Positions 10,650 to 23,575 of a stretch of 64,000 nt of DNA are shown here, piece by piece (position 1 is the stretch's first letter; each line of letters opens with the position of its first letter). The notes under the pieces were generated by a model. The model saw only the letters and a program-made list of their open reading frames with translations. It was not told the origin of the DNA and ran no database searches. The stretch comes from Sphaerodactylus townsendi (taxonomy: Eukaryota): the NCBI RefSeq assembly GCF_021028975.2, contig NC_059428.1, positions 152,892,001-152,956,000 on the forward strand, given 5' to 3'. A program made the position numbers and the translations under genes.

Positions 10650-13436
10650 AACTCTGTCACTCGCCAGCCCAGCTCTGGCACTCGCGGCGCCCTCTTGTGG
10701 TCAGGGGAGGCGTGGCACGTTTTGGCACCCAGTATCCTTTGCAAAGTTTTTGCATTTTGTAGGATCAGAGGAGCAGGTCCTAAAATGCGGGACAGCATCG
10801 CCCCTGGAAGCCTCTTGGGGGTCGGGGGATCCGGGAGGGCCAGTCGATTTGCATGGGTCAGACATGACTATGCAACAGAAGTTGCACAGGACACACGTGG
10901 CCGGGGTTTCCCACGATCGCGGGAATGGGACGACAGCTGCTGGGAGTTGCAGGAGCGTTGCGGACTAGGCCTTTTCAATGGGGCTACTTCGGAGAAAGCG
11001 CCTGAGCTCTATTTGTTTAGTTGTAGTTGTTAGAGGCAATTTTAGACTATCTCTAGTTGTGTGTCTGACTGCCAGTAAATAAATATTCAATTTAGTTTGA
11101 ATCAGTTGGTCCCTGTTGCTTTTTCTGTTTCAAAGGAATAACACCTGTGTATACATAGGCAAAAGATCCCTTGTTTCTCAGGCTGGAGACTCTGTAACAT
11201 ACTGACCCCCCCTCCCCCTGGGTTCAGTTCAAGTAAAATGGCAGGTAAATAGAAGCAGAGGTGGTTGGAATCCCTTCAGTCCTTCTACATCGATTTTCAT
11301 AAAACGCAAGGAGACTAAAATGACTTCATACAGTATCTAGAAGGGGCACTGAAGTCTCCGTGTGCTGGGGAAGTTAAATAGGTGAGTTTTCTCATGATGA
11401 CAAAAGGCAGGATGTCTACGCTTCCTTTGCCATTCTCCCCACTCCCCAACTTGGTATTTGTTTTCACTAAGGAATCATGTTTGTTGCCTGTGGAGCTGTA
11501 ATTTCCAAGAAGATGTGCAGCTGTCTCACCACAAAACCCTTTTGTTCTCTTGTTTCCTTTGTATGGTTCCTCTTTCCTCTCACAGCCTTTCTTCCGCCTA
11601 CCTTTATCTGATAATAACAGACCTGGGATGAAAAAGGATTGGGTATCTTCTACACTGGAGATAGAGCAGATCACCTCCACTTGTTCCCACCACCAGCATG
11701 TCCCAGCGAAGACCACCCCGCCTATCTCAGTATGGCCGGCCAAGCTCATTGAAGCCGATCCTCATCCTAGGAGTTACCTTGCAGTAGAAGAGCTCTTGCT
11801 CTTTTGAAGTCTTTCAAATAATAGGCAGTTTCCCTGTCATTAACACCTAATACCCCCAAGCCAGTCTTGCTGTCTTTGAATTTTGGACAACAGGAAGGCA
11901 CAGAGACATTTCCCATCCCATAGGGAGCTACAGGGATGAGGCTAACTCTTTTTTAATGAAGAGCAAGAGAGATTCTAAGGACAGGGCCAAAGCAAGATCC
12001 CGCCAGGAGCTCCGCCAGTCTTCACTGCTGCCAGATGATCAGCTAAAACTAATAAACAAGGTATTCTCTCCCCCCTCCCTTTTCAGTCCCTCCTGTAACA
12101 AAGTTGATGTCACATCTGAAGGAAGACCTACGGGCACACTTTTCAGCCGTTCCCAGCTGCTTTTGGCTGCCTGGCTAGCAAGTTGTTGAATCTGGATTCA
12201 TTACCCAGAGGGAAGCACAGCCAGTTATTCTCTGTTTGTCTGAGCGATTTTGCCAAAATTGGTAAGTGTCTGCCACTGCTTGAGCCAGCTATGAATAGCT
12301 GAAGCAAGTAAATAAGAAGTCCTTAGTGAATCCCACTGTGGAGGTTTCACAGCAAGTTTGGGAAACAACTGAATAAGAGTCCTCAGCTGACAAGACATAG
12401 GAATGCAGCAGCCTGGACCCTTGTTTTGTGTGGGGCTGTCCAATTAGTCATTGTTAGAACTGTAAAGGGCACCGCGTATCATCATCCATTCCTGCACAGC
12501 AATAGGAAACCTACTGAAGCAGTTTGGTTTTCAACATTGTTTTCTAGTAAGTACAAGTCATGAAAGAGACTTTCTCTCTAACAGTGGACAGGGCCTGTCC
12601 TCCCCTAGGATGCAGGGCGAAACCAAGAGGCCGTGGCTCCCACATCTCACAGCAATAAGTGTGAATCACAAGTTCAGGGGGAGGACAGAGAGTCCCGTGG
12701 CACCTCAAAGACTGACAAATGTCCCAACGGGCCCTGGATCACAAAAAAATGTGTTCGACCATGGTTATTTTGGTTGCAGGAGAGTAGCGTAGCTACCCCC
12801 TCTGAACTACCCATATGCTTCAGTTGCTCAACCAACCAGGACTATTGTGGTGGGGCTTCATGTGTTTAATTTCTTCACTAGTTACATAACTATACAGTAG
12901 CAGCAAAAAACAAAAAAAGAGTTACATAATTTCAGCAAAAAATAAGGGACCCAAAGCAATGTTAAAAACTCAGATACTACCTGAAATATAATAAAAATGT
13001 GCTCTGGGTCCGGGCATAGTGGGAGTTGGTCTTGTTTGTTTTCACTTAAAATGTGCATATTTTTTTAAAAGGGAAGCATAGAAATGCTTTTGTATAGAGG
13101 GGAAGTGCTTAAGATCTGAAGAACATGACCCAAAAGAAAGACAAGTACCCTTGTAGGTACAATGAGCCAATGCAGAGAACGGGCTCCCCATTTTGGCACT
13201 GCACTGCTAGGCACCCCAAGGGTTGGCAGAATGGGTATAGGCATCGCTGTCTTAAAACAGAGCTCCACCCAATCACTATGGGTTGGTCAGGCAACCCCCC
13301 CTCCGCCCTCAGCCTGATGATGACTGACATCTCTACAAGGAAGGGGATGTTGACAGCAGTTCAACATTGCTTAAGGAGGCAAGGAGGGTAAAAATGGATG
13401 GGGTTTATAGCATTCTGGAAGGTGAGACTTGGGTCA

Positions 13437-13731
13437 AGAAGAAGAGTTTGGATTTATATCCCCTCTTTCTCTCCTGTAGGAGACTCAAAGGGGTTTATAA
13501 TCTCCTTGCCCTTCCCCCCTCACAACAAACACCCTGTGAAGTGGGTGGGGCTGAGAGAGCTCCAAAAAGCTGTGACTAGCCCAAGGTCACCCAGCTGGCA
13601 TGTGTGGGAGTGCACAGGCTAATCTGGATTCCCCAGAGAAGCCTCCACAGCTCAGGCTGCAGAGCAGGGAATCAAACCGGGTTCCTCCAGATTAGATACA
13701 CGAGCTCTTAACCTCCTACGCCACTGCTGCT
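13437..13731 (-). mobile_element. Squam3-type tRNA-derived SINE
   Basis: tRNA-like head, conserved body (ctagcccaaggtcacccagctggc) and CTT-repeat tail on the minus strand. Confidence 0.8.
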
Positions 13732-14499
13732 GATTATTTACTTCCTCCCCTAGAATTCCTCTTGCCCCTGCACCATTGGTACATTTCTGAGTTCTAAAAT
13801 ACAAGATCACTGTGAAAGAAAAAAATAATTATAACTAATTCTAAGTATAGATTAGATTTGGTCAAGGAGTCAAAGCAGGTGTTTTTCAAAGTAGCCAAGC
13901 ATTATCCCATGATTACGGAAGTGAGATGTCTGATCACCTGATCCTGAAGTCTTTTAGAGGCAACAATTACTAAATGCTCTTGGGCATCTTGCCCTCTCAA
14001 CCAAGTCAAAAAATCCCTGATTCCTGCCTTCCGTTGGTTCTTTGGCTGACTTATCTTTTTGTAAAAAAAATATTTATTTGTTTATTTACTTGGTTGATTT
14101 TCACCCTGCTTTCCTCCACCATAGTGGACTCACTTCCAACTGCTACTTCCAACAGGCAATAAGTTTTACAACATTTATAATAAAATGCATGTCTTGTCTT
14201 CTGAGGGGAGAGTTCATTCCAGATACAGAATGAACATGACTGGCCCCAGGCCAAGAAGTTCGCCACCACTGCCCTCTCCCTATGGCCTGTCATTAAAAAA
14301 GCAGCACCAGGGCCAGCTCAGGACATGGCAAGGCTGCCCCCCCCTCAAGACCCCACTTCTCCCTCCGTGCGCATCCCCTTGCCAACCTCCAGGTCCCCTC
14401 CACCCTCCCCTTCCAACGACCAGGAACTCCCCCCCCCCCCTCACCGCCAACCCCGCAAAGCGGGTGCCAACGCGCAGAAACGACTCCAGCCTTATGCAA

Positions 14500-14832
14500 G
14501 GACGAATTGCCGGAAGTTAAGATTGCACGGCACTCTGCTTGTTTTCCTACCCCTTGGGTGAAGATGCCCGGTGCACCCCCATAAACGGCCCCTGCGGAAA
14601 CTCCCGCCACCCCCTCGGGTGTTCCGCTCAGCACGGCTGCTCCGCTCATCGCTTTGCTGGGGGCTAAATCCGGAAAATAGGCAGCTAACACAGGCCGAGC
14701 CGTATTTCTGAATGAAATCTGGAGCTCTGCGAACTCTCTTTGTTTCCGCTTTGGAAGGAGCGGAAGTGTCCCCACCCGGACAATATAGTGGACGGACCGC
14801 CCTTACTCAAAGCGCAGGCGCAAGTCAAGGAG
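14500..14832 (+). promoter_or_regulatory. MRPS34: CpG-rich promoter and probable non-coding exon 1 of MRPS34
   Basis: ETS/GABP CGGAAGT motifs at ~14510 and ~14761, NRF1 GCGCAGGCGCA 14812-14822, donor AG|gtgaga at 14832/14833. Confidence 0.6.
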
Positions 14833-14989
14833 GTGAGAAAGCGCGATTAAAGAGGGGATGGGGGCAGAGCGGTTGCTTGGTCTAAGATCCGGCATACCAT
14901 TGTGTGCAAGGATAAATTTTGGCAAGGATTGCTGACTGCTAGGATCAGGGTCTCAAAAGCTGCTCCTATTAAATGCAGATTTAGACCTG

Positions 14990-15350
14990 ACTTGGATGGC
15001 CCGAGGTAGCCGGGACTCGCTGGATTGGGAAGCTAAGCAGACTCCCATTTGGTGCTGAATGAGAGACCACCAAGGAATACTATGCAGAAGAAGGGAATAG
15101 CAGACCACCTCTTTTAGTCTCTTGCCTTGAGACCCCTTGAGGGGTTCACCAGCAGTCAGCTGTGACTTGGCTGGCCCCAGGTAGCTGGAACTTGTTAGAT
15201 TGGGAAGCTAAGCAGACCCTATTTAGTTGAGGATGAGAGACCACCTAGGAATACTATGCAGAGAAAGGGAATAGCGGACCACCTCTGGTAGTCTTTTGCC
15301 TTGAAAATCCCATAAGGGGTTCACTATCAGTCAGCTGTGACACTTGACAG
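14990..15350 (+). mobile_element. Two tandem degraded 5S-derived SINE copies
   Basis: Two ~175-nt copies of gattgggaagctaagcagac...gagagaccac...ggaatactatgcaga...cagtcagctgtgac. Confidence 0.65.
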
Positions 15351-15843
15351 ACACACACACACCCCAATTTAAGCCCTTCTGTGCCCAGTGAGATCCGTGG
15401 ACTTTGAAAGGTTCAGTTCTGTTTGGGAGTGCCCTGTTAGCCTCTGTTTCCAGTGGTCACTCTTTGCTTGGGAAGCAAAAGGAAATTGAAAAATAAACGT
15501 ATATGGAAGTTTGCTGGGGTAACCTTGGGACAGTCACACACTGCTTAGCCTACCTCACAGGGCTGGCCTTGCATTGTTGTCCTCTTTCGTATTTGAAGCC
15601 CTTTGTCTGTTGGATGTCTTGTACTGTGCGATTACATGTTTCCTCTTTCTATAGTCCGTAATCTGTCTTGCGCTTCAGTAAGGTGAGCTATAAATGAATA
15701 AAAGTACAGGAGACTCATGTAAGCTACTCTGTGCCACTTTTTATGAGAATCAGGGTGTATAAATGAGGCTAAATAAGAGGGCCACAGAGACTGTATTTCC
15801 CAGCATCAGTATTACTTTTCCTGTTGTTGTTTCATAGACAGCC

Positions 15844-16161
15844 ATGGCTCGCAAGAAACTTTACCGCCCCATCGCAGCCATGGCCAAGAAGATCCGAGAG
15901 TACAGGGCTTTGAAAAACCAACCCCGAGACTCACAGCGCTTTGCCCTGGACTACGAGACCATGACCCGTCCCTTTACAGGCAAGCGTCTGCCTGCACTGG
16001 CTTGGGAGGATGTGAGGAACGAAAATCGGCTCTTCACCCTGCTGTGCCGGCTGCATCATTTTGGCATCAGGCGCATGGTGACGCGCAAATCTTGGGTGTG
16101 GGAATTTGATGAGCCGTGCTACTGGGTCATCACCAGCATAAAAGTGGATTATACCGCTGAG
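15844..16161 (+). CDS. MRPS34: MRPS34 coding exon 1 (mitochondrial ribosomal protein mS34)
   Basis: MARKKLYRPIAAMAKKIREYRALK...EPCYWVITSIKVDYTAE|gtgagt, preceded by acceptor ttcatag at 15831-15837. Confidence 0.95.
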
Positions 16162-16869
16162 GTGAGTGCTATTGGCCAGCAGGAAATGGAGAAAGGTGGA
16201 AATAAAAGGTCCTTTTCTTCTGTTTGCTCCACCGTCTCTTCTACATTTGGGGAGAGTGCCTGGACTTTTAGAATGGTGGGGGCCTCTTCAAGATGTGCAT
16301 TTAATCCTTAGCATCTCCAGTAACAGCTTCCATTGGAGACTGCCCCCCCAACCCCCCGGGCAGAAATGTTTGCAATCAAGAGTGAATATTACTAACACTG
16401 ACAGACTGCTGCTTTGACATGTGAGAAAGCAACGTCACATACTTTCCACGATTCAAGAGAGGATTTGAACCGTGGTATCTCCATCCACATCTGACTGCTG
16501 CAGAACTAGCCCTCTGCATTAGCCCTGGAAAGAAAATACACAACTGTTTCTTTTACTTATTTATTGGCACAGCTGATAGCCTGCCTTTCCGGCTGAGGCT
16601 CCAGGTGGATAACCCAGGGTCATTACAAACCGTAAGAACAGACATCCAGTAAGCAATGTAATAGGGTTGGGATTGCAAAAATCTAAGACCAAGCCAAAAC
16701 AAAACATGACATAACATCACATGTTGAACAATGCAGAAATTACATAGTAGGATAATACATGCATCAATCAACAGACAATAGATGCTATATAAAGTTGTAC
16801 AGTCTAGACTTCCTGTCCTTTTAGCAAAGCGTCCTTCTGAACCATTTCATTACAGTACAGTGTGAAAAA

Positions 16870-17515
16870 CCACTGCAGAATAATTCAGTTTTGCCTACTT
16901 TGATGAAAACCAGGAGAGCAGGAGCTTTCCTGACTTCCTTAAGCACGCCATTCGGTAGGATAGAGGGCCATAGTGGAGAATGCCACTGAACGGGCAGTTG
17001 TTGATTTTGCCTATTTGTGGGATGGCACTGTCAGGAGGCCATGCTCAGGTGAGTACAGCATAGGAGGCCAGGTGGTCTAACAGTTTTGAGGGGCCACGCC
17101 CATGAAGGGCTTTGTATGTGGAAGCCAGTATGTTGAACTGAACCTGGTCACTGATAAAACAGCCATCGGCCTGGCTGCGGAATGGGAGTAATATGCATGC
17201 TCCTCCTGGCTTCTGGTAAAAGCTAAGCTGCGGCATTCTGCATCAGCTGGAATTTCCAAGTTGACTTTGAGTAGCGACTGACCTAGTAGCCTCATCTTGA
17301 TGTCTCCGTAGCATGGATCCAGATGAGCCAATTCGGGAGAGGGGCTGGAAGTTGGAAGGACGCGTTTTCTGAAGCTGCGTTAACTTGTTTTTCCAGCTGT
17401 CATGATGAATCCAGTATGTCCCCTAGTTTCTTAACCAAGCCCGCAGCGTCCAGCTGAACCCTGTCAGAGTCGGGAGGCGCGGTGTCATTTGAGATCTCTA
17501 CCTTCCTAACCAGCA
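16870..17515 (-). mobile_element. L2 LINE fragment
   Basis: Minus-strand QVQFNILASTYKALHGRGP..LLDHL, typical of L2 ORF2 C-terminus; boundaries approximate. Confidence 0.65.
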
Positions 17516-17537
17516 TTACTTCTGTGCTCTGTTACAG

Positions 17538-17580
17538 AATATGGATCACGGAAAAGCATGGGGCTATCTAACATTCAGAG
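17538..17580 (+). CDS. MRPS34: MRPS34 coding exon 2
   Basis: gttacag|AAT ATG GAT CAC...TTC AGA G|gtaagg = NMDHGKAWGYLTFR(G), 43 nt. Confidence 0.93.
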
Positions 17581-17964
17581 GTAAGGAAAACACAAACAAC
17601 CCTCCTATGGTCACGGAGAAAATTCCATGAAGAAACTTAAGCTAGAGGACCATCATTTTCCAGTCAGTGGGATTCTCCTTGATCTGAAAAGCTGGAGAAT
17701 TTTGCATTTTTGTCTAGCATTGCCCACATATTTCCAAGTGCATTAGAAGGGCTAGAAACGTGTTTTTAACTATACAAAACTGCATTTTGTGCCAAGTACG
17801 AAACTTTGCACGCGTGTGTGTAGTATACATGTCCTTTGGTTTTTTTACTCAAGTTGAATTACAGCACCTTTCAGCTAGCACAGGAATGTGCATAGTAATC
17901 AGTAGAAATCACCTCTCAGCCATGTTAGTTGTGGGAGCTGATCTTGCTGGGATGTTGTTGTTGT

Positions 17965-19790
17965 TTTTAGCAAGCCTTTATTGGCATAGACAACAGTACA
18001 ACAATAATAAAAAACGGATTAAAAAGCATATACAATACAGGAAATAAATGTTAGGCCGAAGGAAATCTGCTGGCGTTTAGTAATTTCCAGGAGAAAGTCT
18101 GCCACTATCATACAGAGAGAAGGATCAGGATTGTCCAACAAGTAGTGTAATCTAATTAAATCGGAGATCGGGTAAATGTAAAGGAGTAAGATTCACATAA
18201 TTGGATCTGATTTCCTTGAATCTGAGACAGTGTAGTAATTGGTGGGCCAGAGATTCAACTGAGCCATCATTACATGGGCACAATCTTTTAGCCTTTTCTT
18301 GCTTATTAAATCTGCCATATAACAAGGCAGAAGGCATAACATTAAACCTGGCGAGCATTATGGCTCTCCTTTGAGCAGGGTTTATTAAGCAATACAGGTA
18401 GTGTGCCAAGTGGCCCTGTTCAAATGGGAGAGAAAAATACAGGGGGGAACACGTTTTCTTGGCTGCGGTGATTAGGGTAGAGAACTCTCTATCCAACAGT
18501 TGACCTTTTAATTTTCTATAAGCTTCTGAATAGGACAAGGGACAAAGTGAATCCACTGACAGTCCAACAGAGGCCATTTTTTCTTCAATTATGGAAAACC
18601 AGGGGTTGGAATGGGTGTCAGAGAGCAGACAGTGGACCAGGGAATTACAGTCCGAGAGAAAATGAATTTGCAGCCAGAATCTAAAAGCCCTCAGCCAAGC
18701 GGCTGATTCCAAGGAGTTTTGACCTAACTCCAGACAAAGGGCTGCATAGGGCACGCAATTTGGGAGTCCAGTTATCTTATGAAAAAAATTGGATTGAAGA
18801 GAATTCAAGGAGTGGTTAATAGCTTGAATCCAAATTGGGACTCCATAAAGCAATCTCAAGGTGACTTTGGCATTGAAAAACTTGAGGGCAGGAGGGATAA
18901 AGGAGTGGCCAGTGCTGTAAAAGAAATGTAGTAATGCTGACATACTGTTAGATGTAGCTAGGAGAGCGGCCTTCCTCTGGGTTGCCCATGAAAGATTAAA
19001 GGAGAATGAGAGGCCAAGGTATGTATAGCACTTAACCTGTTCAATTTGGGTGCTTTTCATTGCCCATGTGATCTTCTTAAAAGCGCCTAGAGAAGACCAA
19101 TACCTTGGTTTTTTCATAATTAATTGTCAGTCTATTGGATTCACAGTAATCCACACAGCGCTTCATTAAGCGTCTGAGGCCAACTCTGGATCGAGAGAGG
19201 ACAGCGTCATCTGCATAGAGCAGAATTGATACATGGGATGTACCCAGTTTTGGGGCATGGCTGTTCACTGCTGAGAGAGCAGAGGGGAGGTCACTTAAGA
19301 AAAGATTGAAAAGAGTGGGGGCCAGGACGCAGCCCTGTTTGACCCCTTTGGAAATTGGAATACTGTCTGTCAAAAGGCCTTCGTGGGAACACTTGATCCG
19401 GCAACTGGTATTTGTGTGCAGTTGCCTAATTAAGAACAAGAGTCTGGCATCAATGTTGAGGGCAGCCAGTTTTGCCCAGAGAAGTTCTCTTGGCACAGAG
19501 TTAAAGGCAGCCCTTAAAATCTATAATTTGTTTGTTATCTGCATTGATTGAGTATTTACTGGCTAGGTGTAATAGCACCAGGGCGTGGTCCAGAGGAGAT
19601 TTCCCCTTGCGAAAGCCTATTTGTTCAGCCCCCACTGCACCAGAGTGGGAAAGCCACAGCTGAAGTTTCTTCAGTAACAATTTAGCATAAATCTTCCCTA
19701 TCACTGAGAGGAGGCTGATGGGGTGGAAGTTGGTGGGTTCTGAATGACTTCCTTTTTTATGGATGGGAAACACAGTCGCAGACAGCCACG
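17965..19790 (-). mobile_element. Non-LTR retrotransposon, RTE-X-like, 5'-truncated and frameshifted RT ORF
   Basis: ORFs 19501-19851, 19077-19496 and 18152-19117 carry RT motifs (PISLLS, GVKQGCVLAPTLFNLF, LLYADD, YTYLG) and a C-terminal Cys/His motif; AATAAA plus CAA-repeat tail on minus strand. Confidence 0.85.
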
Positions 19791-19833
19791 TCATATAGTT
19801 TGTAACATTCTTATTTGGTCTGCTTGTTTTTAG

Positions 19834-20123
19834 GCCAGACGGACAACACACTGCAAGAAATTCCGAAGGTCATGTATCATGATTGGCGCATGGTTCCTAA
19901 GCATGAGGAGGAGACTTTTAAGAAATGCACGCCTTTGCAAGAAGAAAGTGTACGTTATGTTCCCTACCCTCCGTTGCTGCGGGCCATGATTCTTGCTCAG
20001 AGACAGAAGGAAGGGGATCTAGACGCACTGGAGCCTATTCTCGACCTGGAGGGTTTTGATGCCCTCAAGGAGAAGCGTTTGAAATTTTCCCGAAAGAAGC
20101 AAGAGGAGGGGACGCCAGTCTGA
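19834..20123 (+). CDS. MRPS34: MRPS34 last coding exon
   Basis: ttttag|GC CAG ACG...VMYHDWRMVPKHEEE...YVPYPPLLRAMI...EGTPV*; AATAAA 20507-20512. Confidence 0.95.
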
Positions 20124-20585
20124 GGATCTCGGGGATCTTTTCTCCAATCTTTCTATTTCAGTTTGTTTTCTAGAAAATTACCCATAATGGAAAGGACATC
20201 TTGCCAAATTTCAGTTTTGCTTAGTGTGTAGAATGCTGTCATGAATCCATGTGGATCGGTGTGAATCCATCTGGATATGCTGGACTGCCCGTACAGGCCA
20301 AATGCATTTGAGACCCAAATCCTAAATGTGTTCATTGTTTGGAAAAGACCCACTGATTTGAGTGAAACTGGTTTCCTGACCAGCTGTGTTCAGCAGTGCA
20401 TTGATAAGAACTTTATCTCACAGTAGCTAAAACAGTTTTGGCAACTGCTAAGAAATTCCATCTGTTTTTAATTGGTTTAGGAGGGTTAATTATAACCTTA
20501 AAATATAATAAAATACTTCCATAACTTATAGCTTTGTTTTGCTTGGATCTTGTTTGATAACTATTACATTACCTAGGTGCCTGGG

Positions 20586-21403
20586 CAGGGGCGTAAGGAG
20601 GCAAACTGGAGCCCTGGGCAAAACATGAGTTGGATGCCCTTCCCATGGGAGGCCACCCCACCACAACCAAGAAATTTTTTTTTCCCATCAGGTCATTAGT
20701 GCCTTTAGCCCCCCCCCCCTCCCGGCTCCCCCAGGACCGCCCGTCCTGATCGGGTGCCGCAGCTGAGGAGAATCTGCCCCTCTGGAGAGCCCCCCCGTCC
20801 CTCCCCTGAATCACACCACGCTGACCGCTGCCTTCGCACGAAACCGCACATGGATGTTAGGGGGGGATTCCGCCATTTTCCCAAGCCTCTTTGAGCTTGG
20901 CAGCCCGTTTGGACAATGGAGCCAAGAGCCCCTAGGGCGCCACCTTCGCACGAGGCCCCACGTTGAGGTTGTGGTGTGGCGTGTCGGAGCCTCTTTGGGC
21001 AGGGGAGCCGCTGGGGGTGCTGCTGCTGCCCTCCAGTGGCCAAAGGTGTGAATTACAAGCGCAACCCCCTCCCACACACACACACGCTGCATTTCTCAGG
21101 TTATAGTTGCTATCATGTGGCGTGTTGGGGCCTCTTTGGGAAGGGGAGCCGCTGCGGAGGGCACCCCAAGAGCGTGCTAAGGCTGCCAGAGAGCGTTGTA
21201 ACACTGCCCGAAAGATCGTGGTAACGCTGTGGAGGGGCTCCCGGAGAGCATGCTAAGGCTGCCAGAGAGCGTTGTAACACTGCCCGAGATCGCGCTAACA
21301 CTGCCCGAAAAAGATCGTGGTAACGCTGCGGAGGGCTCCCAAGAGCGTGCTAACGTTTTCTGGCAGCATTAGTCCTACTGCAGCAGCACATGTACGTCCA
21401 GTG
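20586..21403. mobile_element. Non-autonomous DNA transposon with internal tandem repeats
   Basis: Ends CAGGGGCGTA / TACGTCCAGTG; repeated gctaaggctgccagagagcgttgtaacactgcccga units at 21170-21350. Confidence 0.55.
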
Positions 21404-22199
21404 GCGGATCCAGCAGCTGGAAGACGAGGTGAAGAGAGTCCAGAACAACAACACCCTGCGAAAGTAAATTTGGGTTTTGTTTTCCTTGAAAGCTGGTTTG
21501 TGGGGGTCCTCCCAGCCTCCCCTGTCCTCAGGTGGGCTCCCCTCAAAGACCTTGTTATAGAACTTAGAACATTCAGATAAATATAACCCTAACCCATACC
21601 CTCAGCGGCTGATCTCTCCAAAGGCCCGGTGGTATCTTTCAAAGGGGGGGAACCCTTTCCCTTTCCATCACCTCCCTCTTTCCTGTGGATTCAGAATAAC
21701 TTACTCATGGTGTGGGTATTACACCATTCCACCCTCTGACAGATTAATTTGTTTTGCAAACCTTACTTTTTAATTTTTAAAAAATGGTGCACATGACAAC
21801 ACGTACCGGGATCTAACTTCAATGCAAAAGAGAGCTGTATATAGCGATCCCTTGACACAATTAGAAATAAGTAATAGTGAGACAGAGTTCAACATTAAAA
21901 TATTGAAAAACTTTAATAGGCATTTCTCCCTTACACCTTGCGGGTCCTTTTTCTGAGAATGTTATTTAAGTCATGAAGATTCTGCTGCCTAATGGTTTAG
22001 CGGCCTCTACACAGCACTCCAAAGAAAAGATGGCTCTTTCACATTACCAGTATTTAATGACATCTTCATTGGGAACAATTATTTATTACCTGTTGGTAAA
22101 TAAACGCCCCACTTCCTCATTTTACAAAATGGGTTATATGTAGTCTCAGTCTAAATATAATTATTTTTCTCAACTACAAGATACACCTACAAACCTCCA

Positions 22200-22750
22200 G
22201 GACATTCAACTGTAATAATTCATGCAAAAAAGCATGGGAAGCATGCGGATTATATTGACCTCTGAAAAAAGCCACGAATACTAACCCAAAAGATACTAAG
22301 AGATGAATTTCCTATGTTACCAGAGTCTTATTTGCTGGGTATATTCCAAGACAACATTCCACCCAAAAACATTAACCTGTTTTTATATCTTTCCACCACT
22401 GCAAGAATTCAAATAGCAAAAAAGTGGAAAAGCAAAGTGAAACCGAGTTGCAAGGACTGGATCAGTTTATTGGAAGACTAGAACCACGGACAGAATATCG
22501 ACATATCAGAAGGATCTGCCAAAAAAGAAGATTTGAAATGATGTGGGAACCATTTAATCAATACTGTAAAAAAATTTGAAACAAAGATATAATTAAAAAC
22601 AGTAAAGTGTAAAGGAAATACTGAAATCAAAATTTACCGTTTTGGTTCAAATCTCCACTAATTAAATTAATTAAATTAATTATAATTTAAACATGCTGGA
22701 ATAACAAATATAGTTGAATATATGTATTAATTTTGCGATGTGACTATGTT
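22200..22750 (+). mobile_element. L1/Tx1-like LINE 3' fragment
   Basis: Degraded PESYLLGIF...TTARIQIAKKWKSKVKP...W ORF2 C-terminal signature followed by an AT-rich tail. Confidence 0.6.
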
Positions 22751-22764
22751 AAACTAAAGTTCCA

Positions 22765-23575
22765 AACTGCGTCCCTTATGCAGCCCTGTGTTTAGAACTG
22801 GGGCAAAACACCCTGGAACATAGAGCCTGGCTTAGAGCCTTTAGATTTTGGCTCCGCCTTCACTACCTGCCATCTGAACGCTCCCTTGTCTCATTGACAT
22901 TACAGGACACGCAGGCTAACCCCTGGTTTTCTCTAATCGAGAGAAAGATTATTTCCATCGGCCTGCCTATTGAAACACTCTACCTAATGTCCTATTCAGA
23001 AGCGTACAATAGGCTCAGAGATCGGCTTTTAGATCTAGAATTTGCAAATTTGCATCTAGCAGCCAAACGAACCTGCTCCCCAACACAACTCCTAATTCCA
23101 TTTGAGCAGAGACGTGTGGCCTATTATCTCCATACCTTAACGAACCCACGGGCAAGGAGAGCCCTTACCATTGCATGTTTTAACGCTATGCCCTCTGCCC
23201 TGTTAAAGGGTAGGTGCAGCAATTTAGATAAATCCAGAAGGTCATGCAGTTGCAAACTTAATGTGGTTGAAACCCTGACTCACCAACTCTTGCACTGCAC
23301 CAGATTTGATAACATCAGATCTAAATATACCAACTTACATTTTTTCTTCCAATCTGGGCTGCCTGATCTGATTAGGTTATCTCTGTTGTTAAACAACTCG
23401 GACCCCAGTCTTTGTGAAGAGATCGCCAATTTCATTGCGGAGATAGTTGAGAGTTCCCAGTAGAACGTATTTGTTGTGCTCCCCGTGGGGCCTTTATCTA
23501 TCATGTATCCATGCAATTGTTCCTGAATTATGTAACTTTTTCTGTTTATGCCAATAAAAGCTTATGTATGTAAAA
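22765..23575 (+). mobile_element. RTE-X-like LINE 3' fragment (same family as 17965-19790)
   Basis: PNCVPYAALCLELGQN...FNAMPSALL..R...ETLTHQLLHC; ends gccaataaaagcttatgtatgt. Confidence 0.8.

Noticed and set aside
11300-14300. EME2, NME3 or C16orf89 exons expected from synteny
   Set aside because: No frame I read gave a recognisable match.
21090-21350. Regularly spaced repeats, superficially CRISPR-like
   Set aside because: Internal tandem repeats of a eukaryotic DNA transposon; no unique spacers or cas genes.
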